Sequence record: SRR31156797_4070
Reading direction: 5' to 3' (one strand)
Length of the DNA: 58,055 nucleotides
The notes under the pieces are model-generated. The model ran no database searches, was not told the origin of the DNA, and saw only the letters and a program-made list of their open reading frames with translations. Position numbers and translations under genes: made by a program. Below, piece after piece: positions 1-9,220 of this stretch (positions are counted from its first letter, which is position 1; each line of letters starts with the position of its first letter).

Positions 1-148
1 AAAGCAGGCGTTTTGCACCTGCTTTAGTTCGAATAGTAAATCTTAATTGCTGAGAGCTAGGCTGATGAATTTTGTCAATCCTGCCCCCTGTCAATTCCTT
101 TTTCAATTCATTTACAACGCTGTGTAAATGAGCTCCATCAAATGGCAT
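1..148 (-). CDS. rqcH: RqcH/FbpA (NFACT family) ribosome quality control protein, 5' part only (runs off window start)
   Basis: Not in ORF track. Manual translation from ATG at 148: MPFDGAHLHSVVNELKKELTGGRIDKIHQP..., typical NFACT N-terminus; AGGT RBS just after ktrA stop. Confidence 0.85.
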   Translation of the reverse strand, partial: MPFDGAHLHSVVNELKKELTGGRIDKIHQPSSQQLRFTIRTKAGAKRLL

Positions 149-156
149 AGTATTAC

Positions 157-819
157 CTACTTATGTTTTTTTGCTCTGGCATCTATTTTTCTAATGTCCT
201 CATTTGAGCCTATAACTACGATCGTATCGCCCTTTTCCAGCTTATCCTCTGCTCTTGGGGATACATTTATGATGCCTTTACGCTTGACAGCCATAATGTT
301 GACACCGTACTTAGCACGGACATTTAAATCCTCAATGGATGTACCCTCCCAGTTTTCTGGCACTGTTATCTCCACCAGAGAGTGGTCAGGAGAAAGCTCT
401 ATGTATTCTAATATACTGGATGAAACTAAGTTTCTAGCTAGCCTCATTCCCATATCCCTCTCTGGGAACACTACCTTGTCAACACCTATTTTACGAAGAA
501 CCCTTGCATGCAGGTCGCTTTGAGCCTTTGCAATAACGGTTTTTATACCAATCTCTTTGCATTGTAAGCACACCAAAATGCTTGCCTGCATATTACCGCC
601 TATGGTAACTACTGCAACATCAAAGTTATTTATACCAAGGGACATCAAAGTACCTTCATCTGTTGCATCACCTGCAACCGCATGAGTAACATAGTCACTT
701 ACATTCTCTACCTTTTCTTCATCAGTATCTATAGCCAGTACATCATTACCCATTGAGTACAATGTCTGTGCCAAAGATGTACCAAATCTGCCTAATCCAA
801 TAATTACAAATTGTCTCAT
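157..819 (-). CDS. ktrA: Trk/Ktr K+ uptake regulatory RCK subunit (KtrA/KtrC/TrkA)
   Basis: IGLGRFG Rossmann motif, VVFPERDMG, RCK_N+RCK_C size, adjacent to KtrB. Confidence 0.93.
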   Translation of the reverse strand: MRQFVIIGLGRFGTSLAQTLYSMGNDVLAIDTDEEKVENVSDYVTHAVAGDATDEGTLMSLGINNFDVAVVTIGGNMQASILVCLQCKEIGIKTVIAKAQSDLHARVLRKIGVDKVVFPERDMGMRLARNLVSSSILEYIELSPDHSLVEITVPENWEGTSIEDLNVRAKYGVNIMAVKRKGIINVSPRAEDKLEKGDTIVVIGSNEDIRKIDARAKKHK

Positions 820-849
820 AATAATTACCTATCTTTTATTTAATATTAG

Positions 850-2217
850 TTAACCAACCATTATCTTGCCTTCTGGGCACTTGTACTTTACTTTGTTATG
901 TTTTAATCTGTTTGTAAATGCAAGAGCCAGTGTCATTGGTCCCAGCCTTCCTACAAACATTGTTATTATCATAAATACCCTTGAAATATTGCTGGTATAT
1001 GGTGTAATGCCTGCTGACAATCCTACTGTTGCAAACGCTGATGTTGATTCATATAGTATATTCTCAAATGTTGCAATGCCTGATGTATTACCCTGCTCTG
1101 CAATCGACAGCACCATAGTAAAAGCAATAACTACCACAAAAGCAATCATAAAGATACCTATTGCCTTGTAGGCTGTCATCCTGTTTACCTTCTTATCATA
1201 TACGGTTATATCCTCACGACCCCTGATAACTGTTACAACCATAAGTATGACTACAGCAAATGTAGTAGTCTTTATACCACCGCCAGTACCTGCAGGAGAT
1301 GCGCCGATAAACATCAGAATTATTGTCATCAGTTTGCCAGGAACCGTTAAGCCGTCCTGACTGATTGTATTAAATCCTGCTGTTCTGGTTGTAACTGACT
1401 GGAACAGGCTGGCTAAAATCTTTGTACCAAATTTCAGTTCTCCCAAAGTCTCAGGATTATTGTATTCCACTATAAAGAAAAATACAAATCCAACAGCCAA
1501 AAGTATGATCGTCATAAAGATTACAACCTTTGAGTGCAGAGACAATGACGAATACTTCTTCTCACGGAACATATCAAGTATTACAGTAAATCCCAAACCG
1601 CCGATTATAATCAGTGCCATTATAGTAAGATTGACTGCAACATCGCTGGTATAGCCGGTAAATGATGAAAACGGTCCAAAATGGGTACCCATCAAATCAA
1701 AACCAGCATTACAAAAGGCTGATATGGAATGAAAAATACTCATAAACAGCCCTGTTTTGAATCCATACTGGGGAATAAACTTAGTAGATAATAATGCTGC
1801 CCCCATCAGCTCTATTGCAAAAGTCATAAATAATATCTTCTTTATTAATGCAACTAAGCCTTTTAAGGAAAATTCATTTAACGCTTCCTGAATAATTAAT
1901 CTTTCCCGAAGTCTTATACGTCTGCCCATAACCATCATAATCATTGTTGCCATAGTCATTATTCCCAGACCGCCAACCTGAATTAGAAGGATAATAACGA
2001 TGTGTCCAAATGTAGTCCACTCAGTTGCTGTATCCCGAACAACCAGACCAGTAACGCACACAGCACTGGTAGCTGTAAATACGCTGTCCAGATAAGATGC
2101 AGCTTGTCCATTAGCACTGGCTGCAGGGAGACTCAATAGTATTGAGCCAATTATAACCATTACAGCAAAACCTATTACCAGTACTTGTGTCGGGTCTAAT
2201 TTAATTCTCTGTTTCAT
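850..2217 (-). CDS. ktrB: Trk/Ktr K+ uptake membrane subunit (KtrB/TrkH)
   Basis: SAVCVTGL, SAFCNAGF, RTAGF, SAFATVGLS pore-loop motifs; GGGIKTTT. Confidence 0.93.
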   Translation of the reverse strand: MKQRIKLDPTQVLVIGFAVMVIIGSILLSLPAASANGQAASYLDSVFTATSAVCVTGLVVRDTATEWTTFGHIVIILLIQVGGLGIMTMATMIMMVMGRRIRLRERLIIQEALNEFSLKGLVALIKKILFMTFAIELMGAALLSTKFIPQYGFKTGLFMSIFHSISAFCNAGFDLMGTHFGPFSSFTGYTSDVAVNLTIMALIIIGGLGFTVILDMFREKKYSSLSLHSKVVIFMTIILLAVGFVFFFIVEYNNPETLGELKFGTKILASLFQSVTTRTAGFNTISQDGLTVPGKLMTIILMFIGASPAGTGGGIKTTTFAVVILMVVTVIRGREDITVYDKKVNRMTAYKAIGIFMIAFVVVIAFTMVLSIAEQGNTSGIATFENILYESTSAFATVGLSAGITPYTSNISRVFMIITMFVGRLGPMTLALAFTNRLKHNKVKYKCPEGKIMVG

Positions 2218-2963
2218 AACATATCATCCATATTGTAGAGACCTGCCTCATTGCCTGCCAAAAATTTAGCAGCCTTTATGGCACCTACTGCAAATATATT
2301 TCTAGAGAGCGAAGTATGCTTTAGCTCTATTATCTCGTCATTACCGGCAAATATCACCTGATGTTCGCCTACTATTGTTCCGCCTCTGACTGCATGTATT
2401 CCAATTTCACCATGGCTTCTCTTGCTGTCTGCTCCGCTTCTGGAACAGTTATAATACCTTTTCTCAATAAGGCTGTCATTTATCGCATCAGCCAGAAGCA
2501 ATGCAGTTCCGCTGGGGGCATCCACCTTTCTATTATGATGCCTTTCAACGATTTCAATATCAAAATCATCTTCTAAGAATTGAGCAGCTTTCTGCAGAAG
2601 AGACTTCATCAAATTAATCCCCATAGACATGGAACCAGATTGAAATATTGGTATCTCTTCGCTTGCTTTTCTTATTCGCTCGTTATCCTTTGCTGTATAT
2701 CCTGTTGTTGACAGAACGATGGCACATTTATTCTTTTCAGAATACTTTAATATAGAATTAAGAGCTGAAGGATGAGTAAAGTCAATTATCACATCAGCAT
2801 CAGTAGCGCAATCCTCAAACTTTAGATATATCGGATACATCCTGTTTTCAGGTGGGGCTTTGTCAATACCTGCAACTACTTCCATATCATCACGTTTTTC
2901 TATTAATTCGCTTAAGACATTGCCCATATAGCCACCGCAGCCTGAAAGTATTACTTTTATCAT
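2214..2963 (-). CDS. dapB: 4-hydroxy-tetrahydrodipicolinate reductase
   Basis: ERHHNRKVDAPSGTA catalytic motif, RGGTIVGEH. Confidence 0.96.
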   Translation of the reverse strand: MIKVILSGCGGYMGNVLSELIEKRDDMEVVAGIDKAPPENRMYPIYLKFEDCATDADVIIDFTHPSALNSILKYSEKNKCAIVLSTTGYTAKDNERIRKASEEIPIFQSGSMSMGINLMKSLLQKAAQFLEDDFDIEIVERHHNRKVDAPSGTALLLADAINDSLIEKRYYNCSRSGADSKRSHGEIGIHAVRGGTIVGEHQVIFAGNDEIIELKHTSLSRNIFAVGAIKAAKFLAGNEAGLYNMDDML

Positions 2964-2993
2964 TTGTTATACCGTACCTTTGTTATATGCTAT

Positions 2994-3884
2994 TTATTTA
3001 ATAATATTCAGCAAATTCATTTCTTTCATTATACTCTGTAGATTGTCTTTATCCTCGCCATCCATATCTGTAAGAGGCATTCTGACGAACCCTGAATCAA
3101 ATCCCATTAGGTTAAGTGCACATTTTACAGGAATCGGATTGGTGCGCGCACCTAACTGTTTAATCAATTTATCCATTTCAAACTGAATATTTCTGGATTT
3201 GTCAATGTCTCCTGACTTATATGCCTTTACTAGTTTTTCACATTCTGCAGGCAGTACGTTGGAAACTACTGAAATCCAACCCTTACCTCCGCATGCTAAA
3301 AGTGGGAAGATTGTTCCGTCATCACCAGACATAATGTCTATATCACTGCCGCAGCAGCTTACCATATCCATTACCTGACGAATAGAGCCGCTTGCTTCCT
3401 TATGAGCTACTACATTTTTATGCTTTGCTATTTCGCAAAGAGTCTCAGGAAGCAGGTTAATACCAGTTCTGGATGGAACATTGTATGTTATTATAGGAAT
3501 ATCAACAGTATCTGCAACTGTTAGGAAATGTCTAATCAAGCCGTCCTGTGTAGGCTTATTGTAATATGGTGTTACTATTAGTACTGCATCAGCACCCATA
3601 TCCTTTGCTATTTTAGATGAATGTATAGTATGGTCTGTGCTGTAGCTGCCTGAACCAAATATGACAGGAACTCTGCCGTCTACTTTTCTTATTGTAATTT
3701 CCAGTAGTTTCTTCTTTTCGTCCTCAGTCATAGTTGCAGGCTCGCCTGTTGAACCCGCTGCCAATATTGCCGAAATGCCGCCTTCTAACTGGTATTCTAT
3801 ATGCTTTTCATACGCTTTATAGTTTACACCTTTCTCATCAAATGGCGTTACTATTGCTGTACAACAACCAGTAAATATGCTCAT
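2994..3884 (-). CDS. dapA: 4-hydroxy-tetrahydrodipicolinate synthase
   Basis: GSTGE, TPYYNKP, YNVPSRTG, Schiff-base KEAS; next to dapB. Confidence 0.96.
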   Translation of the reverse strand: MSIFTGCCTAIVTPFDEKGVNYKAYEKHIEYQLEGGISAILAAGSTGEPATMTEDEKKKLLEITIRKVDGRVPVIFGSGSYSTDHTIHSSKIAKDMGADAVLIVTPYYNKPTQDGLIRHFLTVADTVDIPIITYNVPSRTGINLLPETLCEIAKHKNVVAHKEASGSIRQVMDMVSCCGSDIDIMSGDDGTIFPLLACGGKGWISVVSNVLPAECEKLVKAYKSGDIDKSRNIQFEMDKLIKQLGARTNPIPVKCALNLMGFDSGFVRMPLTDMDGEDKDNLQSIMKEMNLLNIIK

Positions 3885-3965
3885 ACAAACAGCCTCCTTT
3901 AATTTAATAGTATTATTATATGCAGGTCACAGCTAACAGTTTAATAAATACATATACGTCTTTTG

Positions 3966-3994
3966 ATAGTAGCAAAGTAGTAAGTCTTTGTCAA
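3966..3994 (-). promoter_or_regulatory. Sigma-A promoter of dapA operon
   Basis: TTGACA-17nt-TACTAT about 80 nt upstream of dapA start. Confidence 0.7.
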
Positions 3995-4158
3995 TAAATC
4001 ATGGGGAAGTTTTGCATATACTGACAATAAAAAATCAGAACATACTTGATTTTTGTAATCTAAATCATATTAACAAAATTACTATACTGCTTGTTTGTCC
4101 GCTTTTTAACGTTACTCATTTATTGATTACATCAGACTAGGAAATTAATAAATTCAGC

Positions 4159-5454
4159 TCACTTACCATTTCTTAATTGCCTAATTATTTTTCTTTTATG
4201 AAAGAATTCAGCTGCCATTTTGAAATCAACTAAGTTCAAAAGCACTAATATCCAGCAAAAGAAGCTAAGCCCCAGTGCTCTTGCCTGAAACCAATAGTGA
4301 GTTAATAGTGGATTTGCTGCTGCAAAGAGCCAAATCAGAGGTAATATTGATATTATCAACAGCGAAATGCTGAATCTTTGAGTAGAGAATTTTTTTCTAA
4401 AAAACAATGCAAGTATTATTAAAACAAATGCAAGTATCAAAATCGGTACATAATAATATATTCCAAAGCTCTTACCAATAGCCTTTAACCACAGAGCAGA
4501 ACCAGATAGTCCGTTGCTCTCTCTTGCTATTCTACTCGTTACAGCATTAAGCAGTGCATTTAGTTCATCAGGTCCTACAAATAAATATGACAATATGCTC
4601 TTGCCAATCCAAACTGACAGATAGCCGATAAGCCATGTTAAAAGACATTTAAATGTTAGTTTTATTGCCTCAGAAATTTTATAATCAGTATTTGATTTGT
4701 ATTTTTTTGCTAATACACATGCAATAGGATAACCAAAAGCTAATATAGGATATGTATAAAAATCAAAGAACATTGTAAGAGCTCCAAGTACAAAGAACCA
4801 TAAAGACAGATTTTTATCATTTGTTTTTGGTAAAGAGAGTAATATAATACATGATATAATTGATATATAATATATAGTTATGAACTGCATGCATACAGTA
4901 ATAATAAATAAATTCACCATTAACAAAGATAACAAAAATGCAAAGGAAAATTTCCAATCTAATTTTTTGTACATCATTATTAAACAAACAATCAATAAAA
5001 TCACAAAAATGTAAGAGTTGATTAATCTAATTTCTCCAATGTTAAAGAATATCAGCATTGGTCTTAGGAACACTAAGTAGCCATGCCAATATCTGGAGTA
5101 GTTTTTATTTGGCTGTATACTGTGCAAACGAGATTCTTCCCTAAGTGATTCAAAGAAATTATCCAAATCAAAATTCATTTTTCCAGCAAGAGCTGACTTA
5201 ACCACATCTACACGAGTTAAATGATACGCTATGTTCAGCATAGTCATATCAGTGAAATTATCCAGTTTTGATAGCTTACTTGTATAATATAGCTGTTCAT
5301 CGCTTAGATTCTCTTTTTCCAGCATTCTCACTGATGCATTTACATTATCATCCAAACTCAATCTTGGAAGAGCCGAAACCACTATCAAGCTTCCGAAAAA
5401 AACAGCAATTAATACTACATATACTGTAATATATCTAAATACATTCTTCATCAT
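4159..5454 (-). CDS. Polytopic membrane protein, possibly GT-C-fold glycosyltransferase-like
   Basis: N-terminal TM, extracellular loop with DNFTD and YSRYWHGY, many TM segments; very AT-rich. Confidence 0.5.
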   Translation of the reverse strand: MMKNVFRYITVYVVLIAVFFGSLIVVSALPRLSLDDNVNASVRMLEKENLSDEQLYYTSKLSKLDNFTDMTMLNIAYHLTRVDVVKSALAGKMNFDLDNFFESLREESRLHSIQPNKNYSRYWHGYLVFLRPMLIFFNIGEIRLINSYIFVILLIVCLIMMYKKLDWKFSFAFLLSLLMVNLFIITVCMQFITIYYISIISCIILLSLPKTNDKNLSLWFFVLGALTMFFDFYTYPILAFGYPIACVLAKKYKSNTDYKISEAIKLTFKCLLTWLIGYLSVWIGKSILSYLFVGPDELNALLNAVTSRIARESNGLSGSALWLKAIGKSFGIYYYVPILILAFVLIILALFFRKKFSTQRFSISLLIISILPLIWLFAAANPLLTHYWFQARALGLSFFCWILVLLNLVDFKMAAEFFHKRKIIRQLRNGK

Positions 5455-5631
5455 TCTCTACATTTCTTATTTTTTTATTCATTATAATACAATAACTGTA
5501 AGTTTTCATTATTTTATTATAATTTTCTAGTTAGTTTTCTATTATTAAAGTCAAATTAACATGATTTTTGATACAAAATATAGATTTATAAATGATATTG
5601 TTATTTTTTCTACAAATTCATAATAATTTAA

Positions 5632-5701
5632 TTGCGTAAAATGTGAATATATATTAAAATTAATTAATAATGTACAAAGGGAAAAAGGCATTTCTGTCGA
5701 A
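5632..5701 (+). promoter_or_regulatory. Sigma-A promoter of decarboxylase operon with a downstream Spo0A-box-like heptamer
   Basis: TTGCGT(5632)-17nt-TAAAAT(5655); TGTCGAA at 5695-5701. Confidence 0.45.
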
Positions 5702-5813
5702 TATGTGAATATGGGAGAGAAGTTGAAATTTCTTTAAGAGCGTTTTTGCTAATAAAGACTTTCAGCTTTGTTATATATTATATTTTGGAAAATTTAAATT
5801 TGGAGGTAAGTGT

Positions 5814-7283
5814 ATGAGCAATAATGCATCTTATGTACTTGCACAGAAGGAACAATTGTTATCCGGCAACAAGGAAGCAATTGAGGAACAAAAAAGTGCA
5901 GGCAAAAGATACGCTCGTGAACGAGTAATGGATATACTCGACGACGGTACATTCGTAGAAGTCGATGTGTTTCTTAAGTCTCGTCAGACAGAGCTGACAG
6001 GTGAAGTTCCATGTGAAGGTTTAGTAGCGGGATTTGGTTTAGTTAATCAAAGCCCTGTATATATCTTCTCTCAGGATTTCACAGTGCTAAGTGGTTCAGT
6101 AGGTGAAGCCAATGCAAACAAAATTGCTAAGGTAATGACAATGGCCGCAGAAAACGGCGTACCTGTAATAGGTGTTTGGGACAGTGCCGGTGCTAGAGTT
6201 GGCGAAGGAGTTTTGGCTCTGGATGCTTTTGGTAAGATATTCAATGTATCTTCTCAAATCAAAGGTATAGTTCCACAGATTGCAGTAGTAGCTGGTCCAT
6301 GTGTAGGTGCTAATGCAATAGCTGCAAGGCTGTCAGACGTTGTATTAGGCGTAGATGGTATCGCAGAGATAGGCTTAAAGGGTGCTGCAACATATAATGC
6401 AGCAGAAGGTAATGCTGACGGCAGCGATATCTGTAGTGCAGCTTCAGCAGCAAAGAACGGTGCAATTGACGCAGTATATGCTAGCGAAGATGAATGCTAT
6501 GCAGCTCTAAAGGATCTGCTAGACTACTTAAACGGCGGCTGTTCATGTGATGCATCAGATGACCTTAATCGTGAATTGCCAGAATTCGATGGCTATCTAG
6601 AGGGTGGTTTCGACGTAGCAAACGTTATAAAAGGAATAGCTGATGATAACAAGTTCTTTGAGCTGGGTGCTGACGGATGCAAATCAGTAGTAACTGGTTT
6701 TATCAAAATTAACGGCAAGACTGTTGGTGTAGTAGCTAACCAAGCATCAGAAGATGATGGCGTAATGACACTAGGCGGAGTATATGCTGCCAGCGAATTC
6801 GTCAGCAAATGTGATCTCTTGTGTCTGCCTATTTTAACACTAGTAGATAATAAAGGTCTAATCACTAAAGTATGCTGCGAAGATCACGGTATAGTATCTG
6901 AGTGCACCGAGCTGGTACAAGCATACGCTCTATCAACTGTACCAAAGGTATCCCTAATACTTAACGGTGCTGTTGGCAGTGCATACGCAATGATGGCTTC
7001 AAAAGCACTAGGGGTAGATATGGTATATTCATGGCCAAATGCAGTGATTTCTACAATGGATCCGGTGGCAGCTGCACAAATAGCATATAGCAAGGAAATC
7101 GCATCAAGCGAGAATCCAGTTGCTGCTCGTGCAGAGTATGCAGCTAAGTTTGTTCAATATGATGCCACTCCAATAAATGCTGCAGGTTCAGGCTTGATTG
7201 ATGATATCATCGATCCTATCAGCACCAGACCAATTTTAGCAGCTGCATTTGAAATGCTGACCTTTGCATCAAAGTGCTGCTAG
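5814..7283 (+). CDS. Acyl-CoA carboxyltransferase (MmdA/PccB-like), divergent
   Basis: SQDFTVLSGSVGE, DSAGARVGEG, VGVVANQ, IDDIIDP; two-domain crotonase-fold carboxyltransferase. Confidence 0.85.
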   Translation: MSNNASYVLAQKEQLLSGNKEAIEEQKSAGKRYARERVMDILDDGTFVEVDVFLKSRQTELTGEVPCEGLVAGFGLVNQSPVYIFSQDFTVLSGSVGEANANKIAKVMTMAAENGVPVIGVWDSAGARVGEGVLALDAFGKIFNVSSQIKGIVPQIAVVAGPCVGANAIAARLSDVVLGVDGIAEIGLKGAATYNAAEGNADGSDICSAASAAKNGAIDAVYASEDECYAALKDLLDYLNGGCSCDASDDLNRELPEFDGYLEGGFDVANVIKGIADDNKFFELGADGCKSVVTGFIKINGKTVGVVANQASEDDGVMTLGGVYAASEFVSKCDLLCLPILTLVDNKGLITKVCCEDHGIVSECTELVQAYALSTVPKVSLILNGAVGSAYAMMASKALGVDMVYSWPNAVISTMDPVAAAQIAYSKEIASSENPVAARAEYAAKFVQYDATPINAAGSGLIDDIIDPISTRPILAAAFEMLTFASKCC

Positions 7284-7292
7284 GAGGTATTT

Positions 7293-7553
7293 ATGAGTAA
7301 TGTAAATATTGGTATTATTGGTTTTTCTACAGTTTTTGTTGTACTGGTTGTACTAATTGCGTTTATCGCAATTATGAGTGCAATAATCACAAAAAACAGT
7401 GGTAAAAAGCCATCACAAGAACCTAAAAAAATAGCAGTTTCTGATAATGATGACAATGAAGAGGAAATAGTTGCAGTAATAGCTGCTGCTATTGCATGCA
7501 TATCACAAAGAAGCGGCAAAAAGTACAAAATACGTTCATTTAAAAGATTATAA
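7293..7553 (+). CDS. Na+-translocating decarboxylase gamma/delta subunit (OadG/MmdD family)
   Basis: N-terminal TM GFSTVFVVL, EEIVAVIAAAI motif, operon position. Confidence 0.85.
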   Translation: MSNVNIGIIGFSTVFVVLVVLIAFIAIMSAIITKNSGKKPSQEPKKIAVSDNDDNEEEIVAVIAAAIACISQRSGKKYKIRSFKRL

Positions 7554-7564
7554 GGAGATATAAA

Positions 7565-7921
7565 ATGAGAAAGTTTAATATCAAAGTTAACAATAAATCA
7601 TATGAAGTTGAAGTGGAAGAAGTAGGCGGAGCAGCTGTTTCTGCACCTGTTTCAGCTCCTACTCCAGTTGCTGCTCCTGCAGCAGGCGACGCTTCTGCAC
7701 CTGCTGGTTCTACGGAAGTTGTTGCTCCAATGCCTGGTACAATCCTTTCAGTAGCAGTTGCAAAAGGTGACACAGTAAAAGAAGGCGATGTACTTTGCAT
7801 TCTGGAAGCTATGAAAATGGAAAACGAAATCAAAGCACCAAAAGCTGGTACAGTAGCTGCTGTTGCTGTTACTAAGGGCGCAAGCGTTAACTCAGGTGAC
7901 TTATTAGTTGCTATCGGCTAA
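7565..7921 (+). CDS. Biotin carboxyl carrier protein
   Basis: EAMKMENEI biotinylation motif, Ala/Pro linker. Confidence 0.95.
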   Translation: MRKFNIKVNNKSYEVEVEEVGGAAVSAPVSAPTPVAAPAAGDASAPAGSTEVVAPMPGTILSVAVAKGDTVKEGDVLCILEAMKMENEIKAPKAGTVAAVAVTKGASVNSGDLLVAIG

Positions 7922-7957
7922 TAGTAGCATTATTTAATGACAAATTAGGAGGAACTC

Positions 7958-9199
7958 ATGTCCGAATTTATAAATGATATGGGTATAGTATACATAGTAA
8001 AATACTTTTTTGAAGACAATATGTATTTAAATGTAATAATGATTTTACTGTCATTAGTATTACTGTACTTAGCCATAGTCAAGAAATATGAGCCTTTGCT
8101 ATTGTTGCCTATTGCCTTTGGTATGCTATTAACAAACTTACCTGGTGCGAATCTATTCAACCCAGAGCTTTGGGAGCTAACTGACGGGCATGTAAACATA
8201 TTGCATGTGCTCGAAGAAGGAAGTCTGCTTGACTTACTATACTTAGGTGTCAAACTAGGCATCTATCCACCACTGATATTCCTAGGCGTTGGTGCTATGA
8301 CAGACTTTGGTCCATTAATCGCTAACCCTAAATCACTATTACTAGGTGCTGCTGCACAAATCGGTATTTTCATTACTTTCTTTGCTGCATTGGCATTTGG
8401 TTTCAATCCAAGCGAAGCTGCATCTATCGGTATCATAGGCGGTGCTGATGGTCCAACAGCTATATTTACAGCGAGCACATTGGCTCCTCATCTGCTAGGA
8501 CCTATCGCTGTTGCTGCATATTCATATATGGCTCTTGTTCCAATCATCCAGCCACCTATTATGAGAGCATTAACATCAAAAAGAGAGCGTAACATTGTTA
8601 TGACACAACTACGTCCAGTATCAAAAACAGAGAAGATTATCTTCCCTATCGCTGTTACTGTAGTTGTTGCTCTAATCCTTCCATCTGCTGCACCACTTGT
8701 TGGTATGCTGATGCTTGGCAACTTGTTCCGTGAAAGCGGAGTAGTTGATAGACTAAACAAAACTGCTCAAAATGAGTTAAACAACATCGTTGTTATATTC
8801 CTTGGTGTAACAGTTGGTGCTACCGCTACAGGACAGACATTCCTAAGCTTTATACCAGATATGATAGCTGCTCCTGATGCAGGTACTGCAATCAGTGCGC
8901 TGCTGACAAGCCCAATTGGTATTTTAATAATGGGTCTTGTAGCATTCTGCTTCGGTACTGCTGGCGGTGTATTGCTAGCTAAGCTGATGAATGTACTATC
9001 AGGCGGTAACTCAATTAACCCACTAATCGGCTCTGCTGGTGTATCTGCTGTTCCAATGGCAGCACGTGTATCACAGACAGTAGGTGCTGAAGAAAACCCA
9101 CACAACTTCCTGCTGATGCACGCTATGGGTCCAAACGTAGCCGGTGTAATTGGCTCTGCGGTTGCTGCTGGTGTATTCCTATCCATATTCGGTGGATAA
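7958..9199 (+). CDS. oadB: Na+-translocating decarboxylase beta subunit
   Basis: [38 protein letters not shown]. Confidence 0.95.
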   Translation: MSEFINDMGIVYIVKYFFEDNMYLNVIMILLSLVLLYLAIVKKYEPLLLLPIAFGMLLTNLPGANLFNPELWELTDGHVNILHVLEEGSLLDLLYLGVKLGIYPPLIFLGVGAMTDFGPLIANPKSLLLGAAAQIGIFITFFAALAFGFNPSEAASIGIIGGADGPTAIFTASTLAPHLLGPIAVAAYSYMALVPIIQPPIMRALTSKRERNIVMTQLRPVSKTEKIIFPIAVTVVVALILPSAAPLVGMLMLGNLFRESGVVDRLNKTAQNELNNIVVIFLGVTVGATATGQTFLSFIPDMIAAPDAGTAISALLTSPIGILIMGLVAFCFGTAGGVLLAKLMNVLSGGNSINPLIGSAGVSAVPMAARVSQTVGAEENPHNFLLMHAMGPNVAGVIGSAVAAGVFLSIFGG

Positions 9200-9220
9200 A
9201 AAATTCTAAAGGAGATAAAA

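Noticed and set aside
1-25. Hairpin AAAGCAGG...CCTGCTTT resembling a terminator
   Set aside because: Lies inside the minus-strand rqcH coding frame
3885-4158. Lysine riboswitch upstream of dapA
   Set aside because: Leader only about 80 nt, AT-rich, no L-box motifs
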